A stretch of 64,000 bases of DNA from Phormidesmis sp. (GCA_965248535.1 CBDFJR010000002.1:960001-1024000), one strand, 5' to 3'; counted from the stretch's first letter, positions 53,485-61,858 are shown. Made by a program: numbers and translations. The notes: generated from the sequence alone by a model not told the origin.

Positions 53485-54125
53485 TTCGGATTTTGTTAGT
53501 CGATGATCAGCATATCATTCGTCAAGGACTCAAGAGTATGCTTGAGTCAAATGCTGATATGCAGGTAATTGGAGAAGCCGAAAATGGGCAGCGCGCCCTC
53601 GACCAGATTCCACTCCTCCAGCCTGATCTGGTCTTAATGGATATCCGAATGCCCGTCATGGATGGCGTAGCGGCCACAGCAGCGATCGCCCAACACTACC
53701 CCGACACAAAAGTGCTTGTCTTGACCACCTTTGACGATGATGAATACGTTTCCCAGGCGATGCGATTGGGAGCAAAAGGCTACTTGCTCAAAGACACCGA
53801 ACCGGAGGAACTAACGCTAGCTATTCGGTCTGTCTATAGAGGACACACTCAATTCGGCCCCGGACTGTTTGAAAAAACGCTATCACCTGCCCCCATTTCA
53901 CTGCCTCCCCTAGAACCGCCACCCGAACTCGCACAACTCACCCATCGCGAATTGGAAGTCTTAAGGTTAATCGCCTCTGGGGCCAACAATCGAGAGATCG
54001 CCCACTCACTTTTCTTGTCAGAAAATACCGTCAAGAACTACGTCACCAACATCCTCAGTCGGCTGAATCTGCGCGATCGCACCCAAGCTGCTTTGTTTGC
54101 TCACTCACTATTTAATCAACCCTAG
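53481..54125 (+). CDS. NarL/LuxR-family response regulator
   Basis: LLVDD, MDIRMP, LTHRELEVL...TVKNYV HTH; ATGA coupling to the kinase. Confidence 0.94.
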   Translation: MIRILLVDDQHIIRQGLKSMLESNADMQVIGEAENGQRALDQIPLLQPDLVLMDIRMPVMDGVAATAAIAQHYPDTKVLVLTTFDDDEYVSQAMRLGAKGYLLKDTEPEELTLAIRSVYRGHTQFGPGLFEKTLSPAPISLPPLEPPPELAQLTHRELEVLRLIASGANNREIAHSLFLSENTVKNYVTNILSRLNLRDRTQAALFAHSLFNQP

Positions 54126-54241
54126 CGTTAGCGTTCATTCTAAAAGACAGTCTGCGTCTCATACGCAATCAATTTGTAAATGATATCACTCCAACTCCAT
54201 CCGGACGATCGCCCGCGGCCGCCGTCGAGGAAAAAACCATC

Positions 54242-54285
54242 AAAAAAAGAAGAAGGGCAAGACCGATAAAAGTCTTGCCCTTCTT
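54242..54285 (-). terminator. Rho-independent terminator downstream of the tRNA-Glu fragment
   Basis: Perfect 14-bp stem AAGAAGGGCAAGAC/GTCTTGCCCTTCTT; T7 tract on the minus strand. Confidence 0.85.
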
Positions 54286-54298
54286 ACATTTTGCTGCA

Positions 54299-54320
54299 TA
54301 CCCCCAGGAGAATTCGAATC
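54299..54320 (-). other. att site: displaced 3' end of tRNA-Glu (22 bp)
   Basis: Minus strand GATTCGAATTCTCCTGGGGGTA = T-loop, T-stem and acceptor 3' strand with the A53-U61 pair typical of cyanobacterial tRNA-Glu; no 5' half of the tRNA is adjacent. Confidence 0.8.
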
Positions 54321-54350
54321 ACAAATTTTGTAAACAGAGATAAAACCAGT

Positions 54351-54521
54351 CTAATGCTGTGGGGACTCTGCCCACTGTTTAGCCTTCCGTTGCCGGATCT
54401 CTGTCGCGACTTCTTCCATAGCCAGTGCCATCTCTAAGCCATCGGTCTCTAACTGCCCGATCATCAACCGCAGAAACCTTTTGTTACTCTCTACCAGAGC
54501 GATATTGAGATTAGTCGTCAT
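54351..54521 (-). CDS. 56-aa hypothetical protein
   Basis: ATG at 54521 overlaps the upstream gene's end; shares an IGQL...ATE.R pattern with the 47-aa ORF. Confidence 0.5.
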   Translation of the reverse strand: MTTNLNIALVESNKRFLRLMIGQLETDGLEMALAMEEVATEIRQRKAKQWAESPQH

Positions 54522-54837
54522 TCGCACCACTCGATCCATGCTTCTTTTCATAGCCGAGAATGCTCGAAACGCTTTCGTCTGTCTTTGCCAGCAAGACATT
54601 GAAGACAGCCGTTAAGGTTTTCATGTCAGCCATTAGTTCGTCAACTTCCTCTGACAACATCTTGATCGACTCCTTCATCTGCTCCTGGTTGCGCCTGAGA
54701 TGGTTAAAGTCTCGCTCTGCGGCATAAGCCTTTTTTTGAGAGTTGGCGTACCACTTCACCATACCGAACGCCGCAGACCCGGCACCCGCTAGAAAGGTAC
54801 TGAGGCTGATCAGGCTTTGCACATCAGGCTGATCCAT
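54511..54837 (-). CDS. Small membrane-anchored coiled-coil protein (holin-like candidate)
   Basis: AGGAG RBS; hydrophobic LISLSTFLAGAGSAAFGMVKW followed by heptads (YAAERDFNHLRRNQEQMKESIKMLSEEVDEL). Confidence 0.55.
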   Translation of the reverse strand: MDQPDVQSLISLSTFLAGAGSAAFGMVKWYANSQKKAYAAERDFNHLRRNQEQMKESIKMLSEEVDELMADMKTLTAVFNVLLAKTDESVSSILGYEKKHGSSGANDD

Positions 54838-54967
54838 TTTGGCTCCTTGCCTCTGTTGCGATCGCTTCAAACACATCTGCCAGCGCACCCAAATCATTGA
54901 GTTGCCCGATCAAAATCTGAAAAGCGATCAACGAAATCTTTTGCTTCAATTCACGAGTAATTTTCAT
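54824..54967 (-). CDS. 47-aa hypothetical protein (absent from the ORF track)
   Basis: MKITRELKQKISLIAFQILIGQLNDLGALADVFEAIATEARSQNGSA fills the gap between flanking genes. Confidence 0.5.
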   Translation of the reverse strand: MKITRELKQKISLIAFQILIGQLNDLGALADVFEAIATEARSQNGSA

Positions 54968-54974
54968 CTTTTAC

Positions 54975-55559
54975 CTAGCTAATAATTGCCCGATCGTGCA
55001 CCCGTCTCCAGTTGGTTCCGTCGCTGAAAGCCAACGTGCCCCCACCCGATTCATCCGACACATAAATAGTTGCCCCGGCTCTGCCCGACGGCGCGGGAAC
55101 GGTAGCCACCGTGCAAGAGCCAAACTGAACGAAACCAGCAACCGCCACATTTCCCGCACCGGGGCTAGGGAGAGACGTAAACGTCAGCGCGGGTGTCTCC
55201 CCATCAACCCGCAATCCTCCAAAAACCTGAACCTTTGCCGTATTGCCATCAATGGCAAAATTCATCTTCCCAGTAACCTCATTCGTGATGCAAAAACTAT
55301 TCCCGTTGCCCAGTAAATAGCTGTCGCTAAAGAAACTCCAGGCCCATGTAGACCCGTGAAAAAACCCAATCCCAGGGCTACCGGGGTGACTGATCACAGC
55401 GCGGGCATAGTATTGGTTACTGCCCGTGAACCGAACCGGGAAGGTTGACGAACTTGGATCACTCACCTCCAGATTTGTGAATTTCCCCGTGTTTGGAGTC
55501 GTTGCCCCGATCGCGCCGGGGCTACCCCAATTTGGCTCAGAGGAATGACGAACGGGCAT
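54975..55559 (-). CDS. Short phage fibre/spike-like protein
   Basis: PGAIGATTPNTGKFTNL and a C-terminal GATIYVSDESGGGTLAFSDGTNWRRV, motifs I recognise from phage fibre proteins. Confidence 0.6.
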   Translation of the reverse strand: MPVRHSSEPNWGSPGAIGATTPNTGKFTNLEVSDPSSSTFPVRFTGSNQYYARAVISHPGSPGIGFFHGSTWAWSFFSDSYLLGNGNSFCITNEVTGKMNFAIDGNTAKVQVFGGLRVDGETPALTFTSLPSPGAGNVAVAGFVQFGSCTVATVPAPSGRAGATIYVSDESGGGTLAFSDGTNWRRVHDRAIIS

Positions 55560-55870
55560 CAGGTCAACTCCGTGATCAGCGCGTTCCCGTTGGCAGTTGC
55601 CCAGATGCCACTAATCACCCCCGTGTAGTTAAAGGGTGTCTCGTAGCAGTCACTCGGATCGAGCCGGGCTGTGAACGCTGATGAAGATGCCGTGGCCGCT
55701 AGCGCTAGATAGAGAGGCGATGTGCTCTGATTGGTGATGATCACCCCCTTTCTGGCAGCGTTAGCAGCAAGAAGCACGGTTGAGGCAGCCACAGAAGCAA
55801 CGGTGCTTAACGTGCCTGTAGCGCTCGTAGTTTGGATCGCGCCGCCCATTGACGTGTGAAATAGTGGCAT
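55559..55870 (-). CDS. Small beta-rich putative virion protein, paralogue B
   Basis: ANAARKGVIITNQSTSPLYL...LDPSDCYETPF...ISGIW. Confidence 0.6.
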   Translation of the reverse strand: MPLFHTSMGGAIQTTSATGTLSTVASVAASTVLLAANAARKGVIITNQSTSPLYLALAATASSSAFTARLDPSDCYETPFNYTGVISGIWATANGNALITELT

Positions 55871-55896
55871 GGCTAGTTCTGTCCTTAGATAAGTAA

Positions 55897-56220
55897 TTAG
55901 CTCTCGATAAAACTGCGAATTGAGGCCTGTCCTTCGTCTGACTCCCAGAGTCCCCACACTTCCGTTGTCGAACTAAACGGGAATTCGTAATAGCCACCCG
56001 GCCCAATTTCAACCAGACAGTCATCAATGGCGACCCGCGCATCTACATCTAGAAAGAGCGCAACCGGGCTGTCATTGCGGATAGTCAACCCAATTCGATT
56101 GGCATCACCCGAAATGAGTTGCACTCGTGAGGCTTTCGCCTTCACTAACTCTTTGCGGATCGTGACCACCTTTCTGGTAACAGTCGAACTAGTTGAAGAA
56201 ACTCCATCAAATAACGGCAT
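55897..56220 (-). CDS. Small beta-rich putative virion protein, paralogue A
   Basis: DANRIGLTIRNDSPVALFL...IGPGGYYEFPF...VWGLW. Confidence 0.6.
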   Translation of the reverse strand: MPLFDGVSSTSSTVTRKVVTIRKELVKAKASRVQLISGDANRIGLTIRNDSPVALFLDVDARVAIDDCLVEIGPGGYYEFPFSSTTEVWGLWESDEGQASIRSFIES

Positions 56221-56228
56221 TGTGGGAC

Positions 56229-56699
56229 TCAGGTTAAGTGGTCAATTTTGCTCTCAATCCGGCTGAGATCTGCTTGGAGGGAATCGATCAGCACTTCCGT
56301 ACTATCGACATCTGGCCCGATGTACTGATAGACAGTTAGCGTGATTTCTTGATGCCAGTAGGGCACCTCAAACCGCAGTTTGTAGTTGCTTGCCACTTGT
56401 GGCAGCATGACCAGTCGAGGGGCATTAAGCGGAATAGGAACCCGGTCAAGTTCAGCAAATCCAAAATCTGTGGCCCCGGTGTCGATCACGGGCCGGAGCC
56501 AGCCGCCCAAATACCAAGTTGACTTAGCCGTTTGGCTTGTGCAGCCAGCGACTAAAATCCGATGCTCACTCTGGACAGGTAGCGTTATGGGTGCCAGTGG
56601 TTCGTAGGTTGTCGGGCCCAAGAACCGAACCCGAAAGTATTGCCGATAGAAGAGAATCCAGTTACTAGCGTTTGCTAGCTGCAAGACGGGATGACTCAT
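56229..56699 (-). CDS. Hypothetical protein (beta-rich, C-terminal coiled coil)
   Basis: 156 aa; ATGA overlap with the upstream gene; ends LQADLSRIESKIDHL. Confidence 0.7.
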   Translation of the reverse strand: MSHPVLQLANASNWILFYRQYFRVRFLGPTTYEPLAPITLPVQSEHRILVAGCTSQTAKSTWYLGGWLRPVIDTGATDFGFAELDRVPIPLNAPRLVMLPQVASNYKLRFEVPYWHQEITLTVYQYIGPDVDSTEVLIDSLQADLSRIESKIDHLT

Positions 56700-56953
56700 T
56701 GCAGCCCGACCGGAAACCCTTGACAGATAATCAGTTCAATCGTCTCCTCAACTCCCTCAACGTAAGCAAGTGGATCAATCGAGTGAGATTCAAGCAGATC
56801 CAAAACTACGTCTGGATGCTCTTTTCCGTCCAGACACGCGGCGATCGCTCTCTGTCGATCAACGTAGCGGATCATCTCTGCTCGTCGATCGGCTTCAGAG
56901 AAATCTGGATTGATAATTTCAAACGTGGTCAAGGGAAGGAGTTGATCGATCAC
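56696..56953 (-). CDS. Small acidic hypothetical protein
   Basis: 85 aa; coupled to the downstream gene. Confidence 0.6.
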   Translation of the reverse strand: MIDQLLPLTTFEIINPDFSEADRRAEMIRYVDRQRAIAACLDGKEHPDVVLDLLESHSIDPLAYVEGVEETIELIICQGFPVGLQ

Positions 56954-57037
56954 AATGGCTTGCTTCTATTAGAGGTTAAAGAATCTCTCAACCGCAGACC
57001 ACAAAAGCTCTACGGTTGAGCAGCGCGAAGCACAAAC

Positions 57038-57559
57038 CTAGATCCGTTCAGGCGAGAGGTAAGCTCGGACGGTGGAACCCGTCGGAACGAGCAAGCCGCG
57101 AATCGTGTCGTAAACGCCCAGCTCGGTGTCACCCGCCGCCGCCTTACCAAACGGAATCGATCGGCTCGTGCCGCCATAGCTGAGATATTTCTGCTTGGTG
57201 ATGTGCGATTCTTTGACCACGCCGTTGTCTTGCCGTCCGGTGACAATGACCACACGAGCGGGTCGAAAGCCGCGAACCCGCAGAGCAGCCCCACCAGATG
57301 GCAAGGTTGCGAGAGCGTGGCTACCAAAGGAGCCTTCGTGTGCAACCCAAGCGGTTTGACTCGCACTCACCTGGAATAGATCGGATGTGGCCGCAGGGGC
57401 CCCAAACGGTTTGACAAAAAGGATTTGAGACTTATCTCGTTTCTTCCCGGTGCCAATTCCCGGTTGGCGGTTCGTCTTGCCCTCAATAAAGGCAACGTAG
57501 TTCGTGAGTGCCTGCTGGTAGCGGGCTGCCCCCGCGATTCGTGAATAGTGTCTGCCCAT
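57038..57559 (-). CDS. Basic hypothetical protein (putative structural or DNA-binding)
   Basis: 173 aa, rich in Gly/Arg/Lys; ATG start. Confidence 0.7.
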   Translation of the reverse strand: MGRHYSRIAGAARYQQALTNYVAFIEGKTNRQPGIGTGKKRDKSQILFVKPFGAPAATSDLFQVSASQTAWVAHEGSFGSHALATLPSGGAALRVRGFRPARVVIVTGRQDNGVVKESHITKQKYLSYGGTSRSIPFGKAAAGDTELGVYDTIRGLLVPTGSTVRAYLSPERI

Positions 57560-57667
57560 GCGATGATTCTCAAAATTAAGATTGCTGCTGCATCATTTCT
57601 AGCAACGGTTTTAGAGTGTTTTGGATGGCTACGGAAGTATACTTGCGCTTTTGTTTTGAACCTTATG

Positions 57668-58477
57668 CTAAAAGGTCACTAGTGGCTTACCCAGTCCGTA
57701 GTGACCCACCAGCAAAATGGGCTTTGCTATTCCATTGATGTGCAGCTCGGCTTTACGGAATTGGACTTGAGTTGTGGGCCGCTGTCGGGGTTTCCTGCGA
57801 ACCTTGCCATAAACTTCCTGCGAGCCGGGACTCGTGGGAAATGGTTTGCGCGCTGTGTGAATCGTCAGAAGCTGTTCGTTAAAGGCGTGCCCTCGAATTT
57901 GTAGAACCTTCTCGATCACCTGCACGGCTTGACCCTCGTTCAGAACGAGCAAGCGGAAATCATAGCCGTGCTCTTTGTCGAGATAGGTCACCTTGACGGT
58001 GCCTCTCTCCCACTTGAAACCGTGGGCGGCTCCAAATAATTCTTTTATTTTGAGTGCGAGTGATTGAGCTTTACCAGGGGTCATCGTTGTTGAGGTTTCA
58101 TTGATCAATCGGAACCCGATCGATGAGTGAATAGGGGCGTATCCTTCCGCCTCTAGTTGGGGTTGATAAACCTCCTGAAAAATCAGGTGAACTTGAGGAC
58201 GAAATTTAACTTCACCCTGGTAGTCTGCAACGGGCAACGCATAGACCGGAGTTGGTAACTTACCCTCAAATACGAAGTAGAACAACATCAACCGTAATAA
58301 GGTCATATCTACGGTGTCGTCTGTGTCCATCAAACAGGCCACTTTCATCCCACTTAAGGGATTTGCTAAGTCGTCGGACGGAACATCTAAAAACGTTTGT
58401 ACTACGTTGCGATTGTGGGCACCCGTCAGCATCTCGTGGAGGTGTTGCCACGGTGAAAAATCATCAGGTAATGGCAT
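57668..58477 (-). CDS. Hypothetical protein, 269 aa
   Basis: TAATG coupling to the 867-aa gene; basic C-terminal patch RRKPRQRP. Confidence 0.75.
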   Translation of the reverse strand: MPLPDDFSPWQHLHEMLTGAHNRNVVQTFLDVPSDDLANPLSGMKVACLMDTDDTVDMTLLRLMLFYFVFEGKLPTPVYALPVADYQGEVKFRPQVHLIFQEVYQPQLEAEGYAPIHSSIGFRLINETSTTMTPGKAQSLALKIKELFGAAHGFKWERGTVKVTYLDKEHGYDFRLLVLNEGQAVQVIEKVLQIRGHAFNEQLLTIHTARKPFPTSPGSQEVYGKVRRKPRQRPTTQVQFRKAELHINGIAKPILLVGHYGLGKPLVTF

Positions 58478-61080
58478 TACAAGTTCCTTATGTGTTCTTC
58501 GCTGGGAGTAGGTGAGGAACTGTGGGCTTTTGCGTCTGCTTCTGCCTTTGCAGTTGCCTTGTGTTCCGGTGGCTTGTTGGGGTTAGTGGCTTCAGCAAGG
58601 TCTTTACTAAGTTCTGCTGATTGCTTTGTTATTTCATCTACAGCCTGTCTACCGTTCAATATCGATTGGGCAACAAAATCGATATTGTTAACAATGTTGA
58701 GGGCATTGTTGATGTTAGTAAAAAACTTGTTGTGAAAGTTCGGATTTGGGTTAAACCATTCCATCGCACGCTGACCAATCACACCATATTTTTTAAGCGC
58801 GTTTCCGATTTTAGCGTTCCAACTTCCAATGATTTCGAGCGAACTTAAAATAGACCATCCGATATTCTGAACCGAATAAATAATGTTGGCACCTGCTTGA
58901 TAAATTCGATTCAGTGCCTTCCATTCTTTCTTCATTCCTTCCAGCGATTCCGTTCCCAATATCGACTTAAGTAAATCGTCGATTTGTTTATCGATAATTT
59001 TGTTGAGTTGAACCGGATCACCATCCTTGTCTTTAATGCCAATCACACTCAATCCATCGGCCACCATTTGCAGCGTTACAACTTTGAGGCTGTCGCATAA
59101 GAAATAGGCGTTTTGTACTGTGACAATGAACGTCATCACATTCAACAATCGATCCAAGTGGAACCACTCGCTGAACTTGCCCAAAAACCCAGAAATGCCG
59201 CCGGGAACTTGATTACCTAACTTGGTATTGATGGTGTTCAACAGAGCTAGATCTGCCACGTTTAACCCAGCGTCAGCAACTTTGCCCAACTTGTCGAGAA
59301 TCGATTGCTGTCCGTCCTCCAAACCAGCCATACAACCGTTCTGGCATTTAGGTTTAGTGCCGATCGGGGGTTTGGGTGGCTCCTTACTCTTAGTGATGTC
59401 ATCTGCGGTCTGTGGGTCGATCGTGCCCTTGGGCCCGGTCGGTCTGGTGAAGATCAGTGGCGGAATAAGTGCTAGCGGCGCTAGCGGCGCAAGAGAGTCT
59501 TTATATTCTTCTAGGGGATCTGTTTTAGGTTTTGTCTTGGGAGGCGTGGGGTTGAGCGGGTGAAGGCGAACCGGGTCGCCACCGATTTGCTTGTCAGGAG
59601 ATAGCGGACTACCCGAAATCGTTGCAGTGACATCTGCCTTTCTTGCGGGGAAGATGCCCCGATCGTTCAACCGTTGCTCAGGAGTTTGAGGCGTTGTTGG
59701 CTGAAAGGAAGGAGGCGTGGGGCTAAGGTCTGGGATGGTTGGCAGTTTCGGCGTTTCGGTCGGGTTGAACGCGGGAAAAATTGGTGCGGTTGGATTTGCG
59801 TCTCGCTCCTTCTTTTCTTCCTTCAACGGGTCGAAGGGGGGTGGATCTAGAAATGGAGTGGGAGCGATCGTGGGGGACGGTTGATGAGGTGGCAAGAAGT
59901 CATCCGGGCCAAACAACCTCATGGGGGGAGGCAGATCAACGCCTGGTGGCAACTCAGGATCGGAGGGATTGGGAGGGGTTCGCCCTGGCGCTGGCCCAAT
60001 AATTTCAAGTGTCCACGGCTCAATTAACGCGGCACCATGCGAGACCTCCAGAGGTGTAATCGACTTGAAAAAACTCCAGCGAATTGAATAGGTATCGGTT
60101 CCCTCTCTTAAAAAAACCTGATTGAGAGAGTTGTCTCTCCTTGGGCCTTGCGTGATGTCGTATCCCAGAACTTGCAAGGTCAAATACGTCCTGTTGTTCG
60201 GGGAATAAAATTTGATTAGAGTCTCGACTGGAAACCAGGCTTTTGATTCAGCGTTTGGTTTGCCGTCTGAGGGGTTGTCTTGATGATCAGGCTCGAACCG
60301 CTTAAACGGATTCAACCAATCAGGGATACCCATATCTCTGGTCTGCTTCTCAGCTTTCCGCATGGCATCCCCATATCCGGCCTTTTCAGCGGCCCATTTC
60401 CCGAAGTCGAGAGCTTTCTGGGCTAGGGTCGGGTTGAGGGCTTGATGCTCAGGGGAATACTCGCCACCGTGACCAATTTTATTCAGCGTATCGGCATATC
60501 TAGAAATACCATTAGCCCAGTTCGGGGGAAAACCAGCAGTCTTTAAGAGTTCCTCTAGGTTTTTTCTACCCTGCTCGTGAAACTGATTAATTTGATCGCC
60601 CACAATCGGATTGAGCAATCCCGGCCCTAGCGCACGCGGATCAAGAACTCCCTTCAAATTTCTCGCAATGCGAGAAGAGAGCGGCCCGGCGATCGGGGGC
60701 GCAGATATTGGGTTACGGTTGCCCAACTGAGTAGCCGGGCCATCTCCCACTAGGCGGTTAATGCCCCGCTCGAAAAAGTTCGGACTGCGGGGTGCTAAGG
60801 GATTGGCACCGCCGCCGCCCGGTGAGATTTTCTGACCCGGTATTAGAGAGCGATCGATGTTGGGGTTGTTTTGAAGCGGTCGAGCGGTGTTGAAGCCCTG
60901 GTTGAGTCGAAACTCACGCAAAACCCCGTTGTCATTGACGGCTTTAGGTGCGACGAGTGGCGGTGGCGGTGGATATTTGGGCTTAAAGTAGCCGTTGCCT
61001 TCGTTTGCAGCAGGTTTGTAGAGAGTCCTCTCAAGCTGCGCCCGGGCCGATAAAATTTCGAGATCTTTGGGGGATACCAT
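58477..61080 (-). CDS. Large Pro-rich hypothetical protein, 867 aa
   Basis: Long ORF coupled at both ends; Pro-rich linker of about 200 aa, CQNGC, then a hydrophobic/helical C-terminal region. Confidence 0.8.
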   Translation of the reverse strand: MVSPKDLEILSARAQLERTLYKPAANEGNGYFKPKYPPPPPLVAPKAVNDNGVLREFRLNQGFNTARPLQNNPNIDRSLIPGQKISPGGGGANPLAPRSPNFFERGINRLVGDGPATQLGNRNPISAPPIAGPLSSRIARNLKGVLDPRALGPGLLNPIVGDQINQFHEQGRKNLEELLKTAGFPPNWANGISRYADTLNKIGHGGEYSPEHQALNPTLAQKALDFGKWAAEKAGYGDAMRKAEKQTRDMGIPDWLNPFKRFEPDHQDNPSDGKPNAESKAWFPVETLIKFYSPNNRTYLTLQVLGYDITQGPRRDNSLNQVFLREGTDTYSIRWSFFKSITPLEVSHGAALIEPWTLEIIGPAPGRTPPNPSDPELPPGVDLPPPMRLFGPDDFLPPHQPSPTIAPTPFLDPPPFDPLKEEKKERDANPTAPIFPAFNPTETPKLPTIPDLSPTPPSFQPTTPQTPEQRLNDRGIFPARKADVTATISGSPLSPDKQIGGDPVRLHPLNPTPPKTKPKTDPLEEYKDSLAPLAPLALIPPLIFTRPTGPKGTIDPQTADDITKSKEPPKPPIGTKPKCQNGCMAGLEDGQQSILDKLGKVADAGLNVADLALLNTINTKLGNQVPGGISGFLGKFSEWFHLDRLLNVMTFIVTVQNAYFLCDSLKVVTLQMVADGLSVIGIKDKDGDPVQLNKIIDKQIDDLLKSILGTESLEGMKKEWKALNRIYQAGANIIYSVQNIGWSILSSLEIIGSWNAKIGNALKKYGVIGQRAMEWFNPNPNFHNKFFTNINNALNIVNNIDFVAQSILNGRQAVDEITKQSAELSKDLAEATNPNKPPEHKATAKAEADAKAHSSSPTPSEEHIRNL

Positions 61081-61385
61081 TAGTTCTCTTTGAAGGCGGT
61101 TGGGATAGCGACGTTAGAGAATTCTTTTGCAAACATCCAGAGCTTCTTGGTGCGATCGCTGATGAAGTTAGGGTCAACGGCAAATGAGGAGCGAATCAGC
61201 AGACGGTTGGAATTGTCGGCGGCGCTAAAAATTCCGGTTTGCATCACAAACTGGGCTAGGTTTTCAGCCTCTAACACAGCCAGAGAGGGATTGATGCGAT
61301 CAAGGGTCAGTCCGCTCCAGGCGTGAAGCTGCTCAAGCGTGACGATCGAGTTGGGGATATCCGTAGCTAGGTTAATGACAGTCAT
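61080..61385 (-). CDS. Hypothetical protein, 101 aa; first gene of the structural operon
   Basis: TAATG overlap with the 867-aa gene. Confidence 0.7.
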   Translation of the reverse strand: MTVINLATDIPNSIVTLEQLHAWSGLTLDRINPSLAVLEAENLAQFVMQTGIFSAADNSNRLLIRSSFAVDPNFISDRTKKLWMFAKEFSNVAIPTAFKEN

Positions 61386-61596
61386 AGGAAGAGGTAGTAA
61401 ATGTGACCTCTACAGCGTTCCCATACCGAGACTCATCTGTATTACCTGAGTCCGCGTACTACATCCAGTGGACTAAAAACGGACTAAAAAGGGCTTGTAG
61501 CACGAAACTACAAACCCTGAAAGTGTGATTCTCCCGTGACAGTCGATCACCGGAAAGCTGATTCTCTCGTTGGACTTCTGCGGCAACTGCAACGGT

Positions 61597-61845
61597 TCAA
61601 GAGGGATTTCCAGCGAATCTATAAAATCTCTGTCTCATTCCGCCACGCTTATGTAAACGCACCTCATCCCAGTAAGCGACAACAAATCCCTTTCTCTCTA
61701 GTCTCCACATCGTCGTGGTGAAAATTTCATAGCCTAGCTGCTTTTGCAGCATTGGAGCCGTCATCGGGCAATCAAGCAAGGCAAGTAAAATTTGTCTGTC
61801 ACGGTCTTTAGTGGCGACCAGGTTAAACCACAGGGATTTGAACAT
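61597..61845 (-). CDS. Winged-helix (PadR-like) DNA-binding protein
   Basis: ILLALLDCPMTAPMLQKQL...TMWRLERKGFV...RQRFYRF; AAGGA RBS. Confidence 0.6.
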   Translation of the reverse strand: MFKSLWFNLVATKDRDRQILLALLDCPMTAPMLQKQLGYEIFTTTMWRLERKGFVVAYWDEVRLHKRGGMRQRFYRFAGNPS

Positions 61846-61858
61846 TTCCGTTCCTTGA

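Noticed and set aside
54299..54320. Complete tRNA gene
   Set aside because: Only part of the T-arm and the acceptor 3' strand are present; no D or anticodon arm is adjacent.
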